Source: a virus
Lineage: Duplodnaviria > Caudoviricetes
Direction: 5' to 3' (one strand)
Virus record (IMG/VR): IMGVR_UViG_3300033076_000920
Span: 1 to 58,059 of that record
Length of the DNA: 58,059 nt
Both the position numbers and the translations under genes were made by a program. Every line of letters starts with the position of its first letter. Within the stretch, counting starts at the first letter, position 1. The notes beneath the pieces were generated by a model that ran no database searches, was not told the origin of the DNA, and saw only the letters and a list, made by a program, of their open reading frames with translations. Below, piece after piece: positions 26,011-35,369 of this stretch.

Positions 26011-28568
26011 ACGCCTCCCGGCGTGCCGGTCACGTTGGCTTTGCCAGCTGCGCCTACGGTTTGAAGGGCACTTGCCGCAGCGTTCGCGGCTTGCATGAGC
26101 TTATCGAGCGAGGCCGCGTCCAGATCTTGAGTTGGCGCAAAACCGAGCGCCTTTTGTTGTGCACCGCTGGCCATCAGGCTTCGCTCGGAGATGAGTCGAT
26201 CCACAAGCGCGGAAGCTTGCTCTGTCTCTTGACCGCCTGTCATTTTTTGAGCAAGAGCTTTGCCCATCCATGCCGCCGGATTGATTGTCTCATTGAGAGT
26301 CGGCGTCATGCTGCCAGTGCTTGCGATTCGCTCAAACGTGCTTCGCGCTCTCGCTTCTACTAGCGTGCGCTGCACATCGCCCATGTCAGCGCCGCCCATG
26401 GCTGCGGTGTACTTCGCAATGAAGTCCTTTTGCGAAAGAAACTGCTTGCCGCCACCTTTGCCGATAACAGCCGTGCCGCCAGCAAGCGTGCTGCTGCTCA
26501 TCTTGCCTTGAATCTCTGTGACCTTGGCTTGCGCTGCCTTGAGGTCTGCCTCGGCCTTGGCTTTGTCCTCTGGCTTAGCGGCTGCGACCTTGCGAGCCGC
26601 TTTCTCTTCTTCGCGTTTTGCGATTTGAAGCTGCTTGTCTAGCGATGGTCGTTTCTTCTCGAAACCGAACATCTCCGCAAGCTCGGAGACGAACTCCATG
26701 TTTTCCGCAATGACGTCTGCGGCTAACTCAAAAGCGTCGATGACAGCGTCGATTGCGCCGCTGTTTTCAAGCTTTGTAAACGCATCAGCCAATGCTGGGA
26801 GCACCTTGTCTGTAACCTTTCCCGTCGCTCGCTCCCAAGCTGCTGTCATCTTGGCCGCTGTCGATTGCTGCGCCGCAGCTGCCGCCTCTTCGATGGTGTT
26901 GCGCGCGTCTGTAACGTTGGCCGCTTCTTCCAGTTCTCGGCGCACAGCTTCAGTAGCCTTGTTGAGATCTTTGCTGCGCATCATCTCTTCGTCGAACTTC
27001 GACTGAAGAATATTGATTACTGGCTCGGCCTGCGCGCCAAACATCTTTCCGAGCTTCGTCTTGTCGCCTTCTGTTTTTTTGAACGATTCGACGATCACGT
27101 CGTTGGTGTTGCGAAGCTGACGGTTTTTCGTGCCTGCAACGAATACATCGACGCCAGCCTTCTTGAACACGTCGGCGTGCGAAGTCATGGCGCGAAACAC
27201 GTTTTCAACCGCTGTAGTTGCTCCCTCGGCTGTGCCTCCACCTTTGCGAGCAATCTGCGCAAGCGCGCCTACCTGAGCCACACCCTTGACGCTCTTGTCT
27301 ACGTTGGCGCCTGCAGCGGCTGCGCTGATGCGGCCCATGAGCGACGCCATGTCCTTGAGCTCGAACTGACCTTGCGCGCCCTGAATGGCCAGCACCGAAA
27401 GCGCGTCGGCCATGTCCTCCGCGCCCTTGATATTCATGTTGTTTGACAGAGCCGCCGCAGCCTCAGCCACGTCTTGAATCTCTGCACCTGCGGCGCTGGC
27501 GACCGTGGCCAGACTCTTGAGTGTGCTCACGTCGAGCACCTGCCCAGTGGCGCCCTGGAAAGCCAACGTCGCCTGCGCCAAGCCGGCCGCAGTCTGGCCT
27601 GGCATCTCGCCCGCGGCCTCGTACATGTTCTGTCGGATCGTGCGAGCGTCGAGCATCTTGCCACCAGATAGGCGCGAGTTGATCGCCACGCGGCGCGCCA
27701 TCTCGTCGACTTGCATGCCTTCTGCAGTCATGCCGCCAATGATGCCAACGGTGCCCATGATACCAGCACCAGCAGCGCCGAGTGCTGCCATGCCTACCTC
27801 GCCAGCAAACTGCTTGCGAGCTTGCGACCTGGCTTTGCGACGGGCAGCGGCTTCTTGCTCTCGGTCAAACTGCAGCTCGCGATCCAAGTCCATCATGGCT
27901 TGGTGCTCTGCAGGCGTCATGGGCCCAGCGCCACGCTCTGCGATCTTGCGCTGAAGCAATGCCTTTCGCTTTGCTGCATCGCTACCTTCGCCACCTCCGC
28001 CAGCACCAGCACCGCCACCGCCGCCGCCACGGCCGCCGCCACCTCCGCCACCACGGCCACCGCCACCACCACCCGCACCGCCGCCACCGGCTCCACCCCG
28101 AGCTCCGCGACCGCCACCAGCGCCGCCACCGTCAGCACCACCGCCACCAGCTCCACCACCGGCCTCGCCCGTGATGCGTGCGATGGCTCGCGAGGTCGCT
28201 GCGGCACGTTCTCGAGCTGTAACCTCGCGAGCGCGCTGCTCGGAAAGGATGACGCGCGTTTTTTCTTTTTCGGCGCGTCGAACCTGCAGGATCTCTTCGT
28301 CGGAGCGCCGCTTCACCTGCTTGATTGACTCGCGCGTCATGTTCGCTTGAGCGCGCAAGTCGTTGTCGGCTCTGATCTCTTCGACGCTCTTGCCCACTCG
28401 CACGCGTTTTTGCGCGCGGTCCATGTGCTGCACCTGAGCGTTGGCCATGCGTTTCGCCGACTGCTCGGCCTTGACGGCGGCTTGTTCGGCTGCCGTGGTG
28501 ATCTTCTTGTACGCCTTGATCACCTCATCAGCGCCCGAGGCGACGAACTGGTACCGAATGACGGCCAT
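26007..28568 (-). CDS. Tape measure protein with a poly-Gly insert
   Basis: 853 aa, Ala-rich and helical; G.FELKDMA motif; position after the chaperone-like genes. Confidence 0.88.
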   Translation of the reverse strand: MAVIRYQFVASGADEVIKAYKKITTAAEQAAVKAEQSAKRMANAQVQHMDRAQKRVRVGKSVEEIRADNDLRAQANMTRESIKQVKRRSDEEILQVRRAEKEKTRVILSEQRAREVTARERAAATSRAIARITGEAGGGAGGGGADGGGAGGGRGARGGAGGGGAGGGGGGRGGGGGGGRGGGGGGAGAGGGGEGSDAAKRKALLQRKIAERGAGPMTPAEHQAMMDLDRELQFDREQEAAARRKARSQARKQFAGEVGMAALGAAGAGIMGTVGIIGGMTAEGMQVDEMARRVAINSRLSGGKMLDARTIRQNMYEAAGEMPGQTAAGLAQATLAFQGATGQVLDVSTLKSLATVASAAGAEIQDVAEAAAALSNNMNIKGAEDMADALSVLAIQGAQGQFELKDMASLMGRISAAAAGANVDKSVKGVAQVGALAQIARKGGGTAEGATTAVENVFRAMTSHADVFKKAGVDVFVAGTKNRQLRNTNDVIVESFKKTEGDKTKLGKMFGAQAEPVINILQSKFDEEMMRSKDLNKATEAVRRELEEAANVTDARNTIEEAAAAAQQSTAAKMTAAWERATGKVTDKVLPALADAFTKLENSGAIDAVIDAFELAADVIAENMEFVSELAEMFGFEKKRPSLDKQLQIAKREEEKAARKVAAAKPEDKAKAEADLKAAQAKVTEIQGKMSSSTLAGGTAVIGKGGGKQFLSQKDFIAKYTAAMGGADMGDVQRTLVEARARSTFERIASTGSMTPTLNETINPAAWMGKALAQKMTGGQETEQASALVDRLISERSLMASGAQQKALGFAPTQDLDAASLDKLMQAANAAASALQTVGAAGKANVTGTPGGV

Positions 28569-28569
28569 G

Positions 28570-28929
28570 TTACTTCACCAAGCCTTCTAGGGCCACGACC
28601 ACGGCGCCTGTGGCCTGTGTGGCGAGCTGGTCAATCTGCATCAGGCCTCGGTTATTCACGAAGCTCGCATAGGCCATGCTGCCCTTTGGGTTAGGCGCGA
28701 ACGGCCCAGCCACGAACTCGACAGCGGGATCGGAGATGTCCCACGCCTTGACGACCGTGCTCGCCTCGAGATAGCCCGTTCGGTTTTGGTACGCGTGCGA
28801 GCGTCGCTCCTGCTCGGCGAACGGAGCCACGGCGTTGAACATCGCACGCTCGACGTTGCCGTGCGACAGCGCCTTGATAGCTGCCGCCGAGCTCGCCTGC
28901 AGGCTCGATAGGTCGATGGTCACGCGCAC
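28570..28929 (-). CDS. Tail completion / HK97 gp10-like protein
   Basis: YQNRTG.LE.S and YASFV motifs. Confidence 0.55.
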   Translation of the reverse strand: MRVTIDLSSLQASSAAAIKALSHGNVERAMFNAVAPFAEQERRSHAYQNRTGYLEASTVVKAWDISDPAVEFVAGPFAPNPKGSMAYASFVNNRGLMQIDQLATQATGAVVVALEGLVK

Positions 28930-28938
28930 GGTCCTACC

Positions 28939-29685
28939 CTACTCGCCCGATGGCGTGTTGTCGCGCTCTGGCGCGCCTTCCTGAGGCGTTGCGTTAGCTG
29001 CCGCCGCAGCTGCCTCGTCGTGGATGCTAGACGCCGCACGGGCCGCCACGAGGCGCGTAGCGAGTACCACGACCAAGTGAGACAACGCCTCTCGCTGGAA
29101 GCGCGACAGGGCCACTTGCGCCGACTGCAGATCGCTTTGCGAGATGACTTCCACGAGCGCATCCACCTCTTCGGGCGTGAGTACGCGCACGCCGCCTGCC
29201 TCGCTCGAGCGGACCTCGTTGACGAGTGAAAGCAGGCTCGCGATCTGGTCTGCGGTCAACTTTTCGATGATCCACCGCACGCTCGGAAACGCCGGGTGCA
29301 TGCCCTCGACGCCGGGGTCATTGCCTCGCACGGCCGCGTGCAGAATCGACGCAGCCTTGGCGTCTTGCACTAGGTCGTTGTCGCTCTTCAGCTGCTCGCC
29401 GCCCTCACCAGTAGCGATGCGCGCGACGTACTCGTGAGCTCGCTTCAACGCGAGATCCTGCTCGCCCTTCGTGGGCACTCGGATCCATACCTTTGAGCCA
29501 GGCGTGCCCAGCAGCTCGGACACGTCGAACTCGACCTTGCGCCGGTTGCCAGCGCGCTCGCGAAGCGCCTTGGCGAGCTGGCTTTCATATTCGCCAGGCA
29601 TCACATCTGGCGAGCTGTTGGCGCCACCTGGCCTCGCGTTTATCTGACTCAGCCGCTGCGAGATGTTTCCGTTCTGGAATGTCAT
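28939..29685 (-). CDS. Tail assembly chaperone-like protein
   Basis: Position; IL..AVR....PAF motif. Confidence 0.5.
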   Translation of the reverse strand: MTFQNGNISQRLSQINARPGGANSSPDVMPGEYESQLAKALRERAGNRRKVEFDVSELLGTPGSKVWIRVPTKGEQDLALKRAHEYVARIATGEGGEQLKSDNDLVQDAKAASILHAAVRGNDPGVEGMHPAFPSVRWIIEKLTADQIASLLSLVNEVRSSEAGGVRVLTPEEVDALVEVISQSDLQSAQVALSRFQREALSHLVVVLATRLVAARAASSIHDEAAAAAANATPQEGAPERDNTPSGE

Positions 29686-29688
29686 TCG

Positions 29689-30255
29689 TTACCCCTTCGT
29701 GCTCCATGCTGCGTCGAAGGCCAACCACTGGCCATCGGTGATGTATCCCATCGGCATGCCAAAAAACCGATCCGGCTGCGGCTGAAAGTGCGCTGTCATC
29801 GACAGGTGCGTCGCGCTTTCGATCACGGCTCGCCGCAGCGCGTAGTTGCTCGGATGCAGCGCGCCCTCTCGTAGCACACCATGCCACGCCTTTAGGTCCG
29901 AGCGCCCGTAAATGGGCGCAACAATGCACAGCGCGCGGAAGACCTCGTTGCTGATGGCAAGCGCGTCCTCATAAGGTGCGCACCCGAACTGCGACAAGCT
30001 CGAGAACGCGGGCGAGTCGTCGAGGTTGCGCAGGCATCGCACGACGAGCTCGTCGAGCACCACGTCCTGTCGCTGCTCGTCCATGTGCTCGCCGATCGGG
30101 ATGATCTCTTCGATCTCGTGCCCGGCGAGCCCTTCGACCACCAGGTCTGGCAAGCCGAGGCTCACAAGCGAAACACGCCACCGAGGGCGCCTTGCAACCG
30201 AGCACAGCGTGCGGAACAGCTGTGCCGGCGAGACATCCTTCGGTGGCGTGCGCAT
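29689..30255 (-). CDS. Tail assembly chaperone-like protein
   Basis: Directly after the tube gene; LV.RCLR....PAF and ITDGQW motifs. Confidence 0.5.
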   Translation of the reverse strand: MRTPPKDVSPAQLFRTLCSVARRPRWRVSLVSLGLPDLVVEGLAGHEIEEIIPIGEHMDEQRQDVVLDELVVRCLRNLDDSPAFSSLSQFGCAPYEDALAISNEVFRALCIVAPIYGRSDLKAWHGVLREGALHPSNYALRRAVIESATHLSMTAHFQPQPDRFFGMPMGYITDGQWLAFDAAWSTKG

Positions 30256-30281
30256 GAGGCCTGCCTACCAGGTCGCGAGCG

Positions 30282-30650
30282 TCAGGAGAAGGGCGAAGCC
30301 TGTACCGTCATGCTCACGTCGAGGCGGCTCGGGTCAGCGGGCGAGCTCGAGAGCGCGGGCCCGTTGATCATGCCTTGGGCGATCATGGTCTCGCCGCTGT
30401 CGGTGCTGACCTTGACCGACACGATCGAGTTGGCGAGAAAGTAGCCGACGTAGTCCACGCGGTCGCCGCTCGCGGGGATGAAGCCCTTGATGCTCACAGT
30501 CGCATTCTTCGGCGGGATGTAGAAGCCGGCGAGATCCTGCACCAGTGTGCTGATCGGCATGGGGTCGCCGTTGTACTTGACGTCGACGCTCTCGGCCTCG
30601 CCGTCGAGTTTTCCCTCGATGCTCACGTAGTAGCGTGCGTAAAATCGCAT
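30282..30650 (-). CDS. Tail tube protein
   Basis: 122-aa beta-rich protein directly after the sheath. Confidence 0.72.
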   Translation of the reverse strand: MRFYARYYVSIEGKLDGEAESVDVKYNGDPMPISTLVQDLAGFYIPPKNATVSIKGFIPASGDRVDYVGYFLANSIVSVKVSTDSGETMIAQGMINGPALSSSPADPSRLDVSMTVQASPFS

Positions 30651-30668
30651 GGTGGTTCTTGGCTCCTA

Positions 30669-32228
30669 TCAGTAGGCGGGAGAGGCCTCGCGGAGCGTGA
30701 ACTCCGAGAAGAGATTGTGTTGCACGGCATACAGGTTGAAGCTCGCGGAGAGACCACCAGGCCGGCGCTGCACGATGATGCTCTCGAGCGAGCTCGCGAG
30801 CACCGAGGGCGACGGGTCGAGCAGCGGCGAACCGTACAGCCCGAACGGCGCTGGGCCCGAAGCATCGACGAACACGTTGCGGATGAGTGCTCCTAGCGTC
30901 TGCGGCGTATCCACACCCGGCACGGGCTTCGCGCCAGGCAACGGATCGTCGGCCACCTTGCCCTGCTTCTGCTCGCGATAGCGCGTGCCGATGACGTCCC
31001 AGATGGTGAACATCACGGACGTGATGTGCCCCTCGCTCGCGCGGTAGTCTTTGGTGCCTTGATCGTTCAGCGACCTCGAGGTGATGTGGCGCACGAGGTA
31101 TGCCTGGCCGGTGGCGCGAGCACCGATGGGGCACACGCCGTCTTTGAGCAGCTGCTCGATCTCGGTGGGCGTCCACCAGTCCGATTTGCTGTACGGCACC
31201 GGGCAGTTGAACTTGGTGGTGCTCGTGTTGCTGTAGCCGGCCAAGTTGGCCGCGGGGTCCACCATCTGCTGCGAGCGCATCACGCCGCAGAGATGCGCCG
31301 CGATCATGCCTGGCGTCCAGTCGCTGTTCTTCGAGGCGAAGAAGAACGCGTAGACGCTGTTTGCGTCGCTGTCCGTTGCGACGGTGGAGCTCTGCGCTTG
31401 CGTGCCCACCAGGCCGAACACCACCATCTGGCTCTTGCCGTTGATCGGCAAGGCCTGATCGCGAATCATCGCAATGTGCTCGCCGACGCCGTTGTCGGTT
31501 GCGGTCGGAGCCGACGTCGAGAACTTGGGCGAGATCTGGTAGGTGTACTCGCCGAGCGCCGCGGTCGTGATGGCAGTCGAAAAGTCATCCTCGTTGGTGC
31601 CGTTGGTGAGAGCTCCAACGCTCACGGTCGTGGTCACGATGGACGTGGGCGCGACGATGTAGGCGCGCACGCGAGCAAGCACGTAGTCCTGTCGCACGCC
31701 GAGGTTGGCCGTGGTCAGCGTGACGACGCCAGTCGATGCGCTTGCCGTCAGTGGGAGCGAGCCGTCGTCGAACGCGTTGATCGCATCGCGGCAGGCTTCG
31801 CCGATCTGCGTGGCAGTCTGCGCGTTCGTGATGGGAAACGTGATGTCCTGTCCCAGGATGGTCACCACGCCCGTCGTCGCAGCCGTCGAGGTGTTGGTGA
31901 ACGTGATGTCGATCGTCGCGGCCGTGCCGCTTCCGCTCTCTGGTGGAGCGATGATGTACACGCGCGCATCTGGATTGATGGCGACGAACTGCCGATACAG
32001 CAGGCGCGCCTCGCTCTTGCGCCCGAAGCGCAACACGCAATCCTCGTCGCTCGCGATGGGAGCGCCGATGGTGTTGGTGGTCTCGCTGCCTGCGCTCGTC
32101 TTGTTGCCGAAGATGAGCACGGGCCGGTCGCTCGAGACGCCGGACGAGATACCGGCGCCGAACACGAACTCGCGCACGATGCCGGGCGTGCGTCGAGTGG
32201 GGGAGAGTCCAGTGAGTGCCATCGTCAA
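30669..32228 (-). CDS. Contractile tail sheath (Mu gpL-like)
   Basis: R.PG...EF, VLIFG, FG..S, EIEQLL.DGV.P and R.IT motifs; 519 aa. Confidence 0.9.
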   Translation of the reverse strand: MTMALTGLSPTRRTPGIVREFVFGAGISSGVSSDRPVLIFGNKTSAGSETTNTIGAPIASDEDCVLRFGRKSEARLLYRQFVAINPDARVYIIAPPESGSGTAATIDITFTNTSTAATTGVVTILGQDITFPITNAQTATQIGEACRDAINAFDDGSLPLTASASTGVVTLTTANLGVRQDYVLARVRAYIVAPTSIVTTTVSVGALTNGTNEDDFSTAITTAALGEYTYQISPKFSTSAPTATDNGVGEHIAMIRDQALPINGKSQMVVFGLVGTQAQSSTVATDSDANSVYAFFFASKNSDWTPGMIAAHLCGVMRSQQMVDPAANLAGYSNTSTTKFNCPVPYSKSDWWTPTEIEQLLKDGVCPIGARATGQAYLVRHITSRSLNDQGTKDYRASEGHITSVMFTIWDVIGTRYREQKQGKVADDPLPGAKPVPGVDTPQTLGALIRNVFVDASGPAPFGLYGSPLLDPSPSVLASSLESIIVQRRPGGLSASFNLYAVQHNLFSEFTLREASPAY

Positions 32229-32581
32229 TCGCTCCTATTGCGTGAGTCGTTTTTGCGTGTGGAACCAGGTTGCGCCACGGGCGCAAGCTTCGCTTCTGCG
32301 AGCGCACGCGTCGGGGCGTCGCACTCGCCGAGTAATCGGATCTCCCCGTCAGCTGCTGCGCGTCGGATGCGCAAGTGCTCCGAGCGTTTTACCTCCACGA
32401 GTTCGCGCACCACGTCGAACGCCTCGATGGCCTTGCGCGTGTCTCGCGTGCCTTGCTGGTCAGCTGGGCGCGCTACGAACTTGAGGCCGATGTACCGCGG
32501 CGGTTGCCCCTCCGACGCAGCCCCATCTGGATGCGCCACGAGCGAGCCCTTGATCCCCTCGACATGTACCCAGAGCGGCAT
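32225..32581 (-). CDS. Small protein upstream of the sheath (Mu gp38-like position)
   Basis: Start MPLWV after AGGAGG; RRAAADGEI motif. Confidence 0.55.
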   Translation of the reverse strand: MPLWVHVEGIKGSLVAHPDGAASEGQPPRYIGLKFVARPADQQGTRDTRKAIEAFDVVRELVEVKRSEHLRIRRAAADGEIRLLGECDAPTRALAEAKLAPVAQPGSTRKNDSRNRSD

Positions 32582-32591
32582 GCGCTCCCTC

Positions 32592-33101
32592 CTACCAGGT
32601 TGAGACGCTGCGGAGCAGCCAGTTGGTGCCGTCGAAACACGCGCGCACGTTTGCCGCGCTCGAGACGGGCATCGTGTAGAGCGTGCCGCCACCGATGCCA
32701 CCGTTTACGACGGCAACCGTGTACGCGTTTGTGTCGGTGCGCGTGAGCTCGAGCACGTCACCCGCGGCGGCGTTGGTGGTGCTCAGGGTGATGGTGCGGT
32801 TGACCGAGAGCGGGCCAACAACGCGTCGCCACGCGCCTTGCCCCACGGTGATGGTGGGCGACGCGTCGGCGATGTCTGCGCCCTTGTCGTCGTTGCGACA
32901 GAGCAGCCAGCGCCCTTCGTAGCCGCTTGTGCCAGCGATGACCGTGCGACCATCCGCCGTGCTCTGGTCGTTGGGCACCCAGCGAAAGAGCTGCGCGCCG
33001 CTGTCGAGCGTGTGCCCGTATCGATAGAACGGCACGCCGTAAACACCAGCGAGCAGAGCGCGCGACTGGTAGACATTCGGCTTGTCATCTTGCGTGGTCA
33101 T
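32592..33101 (-). CDS. Virion beta-domain protein
   Basis: F.W.......DG.TVI...GRW; C-terminal FDGTNWL resembles the fibre paralogs. Confidence 0.55.
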   Translation of the reverse strand: MTTQDDKPNVYQSRALLAGVYGVPFYRYGHTLDSGAQLFRWVPNDQSTADGRTVIAGTSGYEGRWLLCRNDDKGADIADASPTITVGQGAWRRVVGPLSVNRTITLSTTNAAAGDVLELTRTDTNAYTVAVVNGGIGGGTLYTMPVSSAANVRACFDGTNWLLRSVSTW

Positions 33102-33868
33102 GGCAGGTAGCCCTCTTTCACGAGCACCACGTCGTCGGGGTCTGCAACCTCGGTGTTGGTGTAGATTCCGGCATCGACGAATGCGTTTTCGTCTGCGGGC
33201 AGGGAGAACGTGTCGAGGCCGATGCGCTCCCAGATCGTGAGCTTGCACAGCAGGCCGAGAAACACGCGCTGCACGCGTCCGTCTGCGTCCATGCCGCGGC
33301 CACCCGCACCACCTGGAATCGCTGCCAAAAGCTGCGGCTCTCCGCCGCCGTATTCAACGGAAAAGTCCTCAATCTTGCCCGTGAGCATGCCGCGGATGTT
33401 CTCGCCAGCCGGGTAGCCGTTGAAACCGAAGGTCGGGTGAGCGAAGCGGTCAAACGCGCGCGCGAGCACGGCGTCGACGTCTTGCATAAGACCCGCGCGC
33501 ATCGTCATCGCGCTCGGCATGTGCATCTCGGCGAAGATGTAATAGAGCGACAACGGCCTAGTGCGATACGAATAGATCAGCGTCCGATCCACGAAGGACG
33601 TGGGCCCGCTCTGCCATACAAAGAGCGCAGGCTTGCCGATCTCTTCGCGCAACCACACTTGCTCAGGATTCCACGAGTACACGTTTGCCGCTGGGCATGC
33701 GTCCGCACTCGTGGGCGTCTGCACCGCAAGGCGAGCGTCGAGCATGGCCTTGAGCCAGTGACGCGCGTACGCCGCGATCAAGTCCACTGCAAGGTCGCTG
33801 CTGGCATCTGCGATGGTACCAGCTGCAAGCGGTAGGGTTACGCCGCCAACCGTGCTTTCGATGGCCAT
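33098..33868 (-). CDS. Tail terminator / neck protein (probable)
   Basis: Position between head-closure and sheath genes; PALFVW motif. Confidence 0.5.
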   Translation of the reverse strand: MAIESTVGGVTLPLAAGTIADASSDLAVDLIAAYARHWLKAMLDARLAVQTPTSADACPAANVYSWNPEQVWLREEIGKPALFVWQSGPTSFVDRTLIYSYRTRPLSLYYIFAEMHMPSAMTMRAGLMQDVDAVLARAFDRFAHPTFGFNGYPAGENIRGMLTGKIEDFSVEYGGGEPQLLAAIPGGAGGRGMDADGRVQRVFLGLLCKLTIWERIGLDTFSLPADENAFVDAGIYTNTEVADPDDVVLVKEGYLP

Positions 33869-34278
33869 CAGAAGGGCCTCGTGCGCTCGAGCGTCCGCAG
33901 CATCAGGTGCATGCGAAACGGGCGGCTCGTGTCGATGTCCACAAGCTCGTAACGGCGTGTGCCGTTGTTGCCGATGACCAAGAAGAACAGCTCCTGATTG
34001 CTGTTCATCGTCGGCCGGACGTCAGCGTACGTGTAACCCACGCCGAGCATGTTGGGCGTGATGGGCCCCACGTCTACTTCGTTGCCAGACATCATCTCGC
34101 GAGCCTTTGGCAACGGATGAAACTCAAGCACGTCGTCGGTGTACGTGCCGAGGTTGACGCCTGGTCCTGTCCACGTGCGCACCACACGTTGCACGATGTT
34201 CGTTCGCACGCCGAGCTGTTCGGGGATAGCTCGGATGCCGTCGATCTCTGGGATGAGACCATCGCGAAGCGTGGTCAT
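33868..34278 (-). CDS. Head-closure protein (probable)
   Basis: Size and position. Confidence 0.5.
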   Translation of the reverse strand: MTTLRDGLIPEIDGIRAIPEQLGVRTNIVQRVVRTWTGPGVNLGTYTDDVLEFHPLPKAREMMSGNEVDVGPITPNMLGVGYTYADVRPTMNSNQELFFLVIGNNGTRRYELVDIDTSRPFRMHLMLRTLERTRPF

Positions 34279-34889
34279 CAGTAGATGCTCACAGTAGCGG
34301 CGCTATCGCTGACGCGGCGCCAGTAGTTCGGCACGCTCAGCGCGCTGCACAGCTCGTCGCGGATGCGCATCTGCGCCTCGTAGAGCATGCGGATGCGCGA
34401 GCCGCCCGTGGGGTAGCTGTTGCCGTAGAACTCGACCTCGTCGACCTTCTTGATGCCGGCGGACTGGTAGCCCGTGGCGATGGCCGCTTGTACCTGATCG
34501 AGCCGACGCAGTAGCGAGCGCACGATGCCTTCGCCGCCGTCCACCGTCACCGGATAGGTGCCGCTGTGCGGGTGCTGCAGCTGCACCGTGATGACGCTGC
34601 CAGCGATGCTCTGCACCGTAGCTGCCTCTTGCCTCGTGTCGACGTCGACCCACACGCGCTGACCTGCGGCAAAGCCGGTCGCGCTGGCAAGCGTCAACGC
34701 AACGGGCGTCGGCACGGTGGCATCTGTTACCGCGGTCGAGCTCGTCGTGGTTGCGCCCGCCTGCATGTAGGTGGCGATGACTTGGTTGAAGATGGCCACC
34801 ACGGACACGTACGGCTCAGCGCCTGCGTTGAGCAGGTTGTACCCGCACTCGAAGCGCAGCCGGATGATCTCGGACTCTAGGAGCGCCAT
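34278..34889 (-). CDS. Head-tail adaptor (probable)
   Basis: Position after the capsid gene; helical ends around a central beta insert. Confidence 0.5.
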   Translation of the reverse strand: MALLESEIIRLRFECGYNLLNAGAEPYVSVVAIFNQVIATYMQAGATTTSSTAVTDATVPTPVALTLASATGFAAGQRVWVDVDTRQEAATVQSIAGSVITVQLQHPHSGTYPVTVDGGEGIVRSLLRRLDQVQAAIATGYQSAGIKKVDEVEFYGNSYPTGGSRIRMLYEAQMRIRDELCSALSVPNYWRRVSDSAATVSIY

Positions 34890-34923
34890 GCGTGCCTCGT
34901 GGTGGTCATCGCGTCGTCAGCGG

Positions 34924-35349
34924 TCAGGCGCCGCGGACGTACTTGTACTGGATCGAGTAGGTGTCCGTCGCGCCGCCCGTTGCCACGCCGTTGACCACGA
35001 CGAGACGAGCAAACGACCAGGCGTACACCGCCGATGGCGCAGGGAGGACTTCCGTCACCGTTGGGTCAGCACCAGCCGTACCGGTGGCAAGCACCACGTT
35101 GGCCGGGTTGTTTGCAGCACCAGCTACGTCGTACCAGGTCGAGCCATCTTCGCTCACCTGCCAGTAGGCCGACAGGGTGAGCGTGTTGGTCTCGGCGTCG
35201 ACGATGACGAGCGCAGCGAGCGTGCCGTTGACCACGCCGCCAGCGGGACCCCAGATGCTGACGCTTGCGCCAGCCTTGACGGTGCCAGCGGTGTCGCCGT
35301 TGAAGTTGCCCGACGTAGCGGGCGTGAGCGGAATGCGTTTGCCGTCCAT
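34924..35349 (-). CDS. Capsid decoration-like beta protein
   Basis: Q.S.DG.TWYD motif; AGGAG RBS; directly after the capsid gene. Confidence 0.55.
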   Translation of the reverse strand: MDGKRIPLTPATSGNFNGDTAGTVKAGASVSIWGPAGGVVNGTLAALVIVDAETNTLTLSAYWQVSEDGSTWYDVAGAANNPANVVLATGTAGADPTVTEVLPAPSAVYAWSFARLVVVNGVATGGATDTYSIQYKYVRGA

Positions 35350-35369
35350 GGTCTAGTCCTCCTGTTGGC

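Noticed and set aside
27985-28170. GGN-rich tract as a non-coding repeat array
   Set aside because: Strict 3-nt period in frame with the tape measure ORF; it is poly-Gly coding sequence
29759-29770. T7 run as a tail-chaperone programmed frameshift
   Set aside because: The downstream gene has its own ATG 3 nt after the upstream stop, and I did not verify that a shifted frame joins the two
31026-32603. Long + strand ORFs opposite structural genes (e.g. 525 aa here, 372 aa at 35532-36650)
   Set aside because: Antisense shadows expected from high-GC codon bias; no motifs, and fully overlapped by well-supported genes
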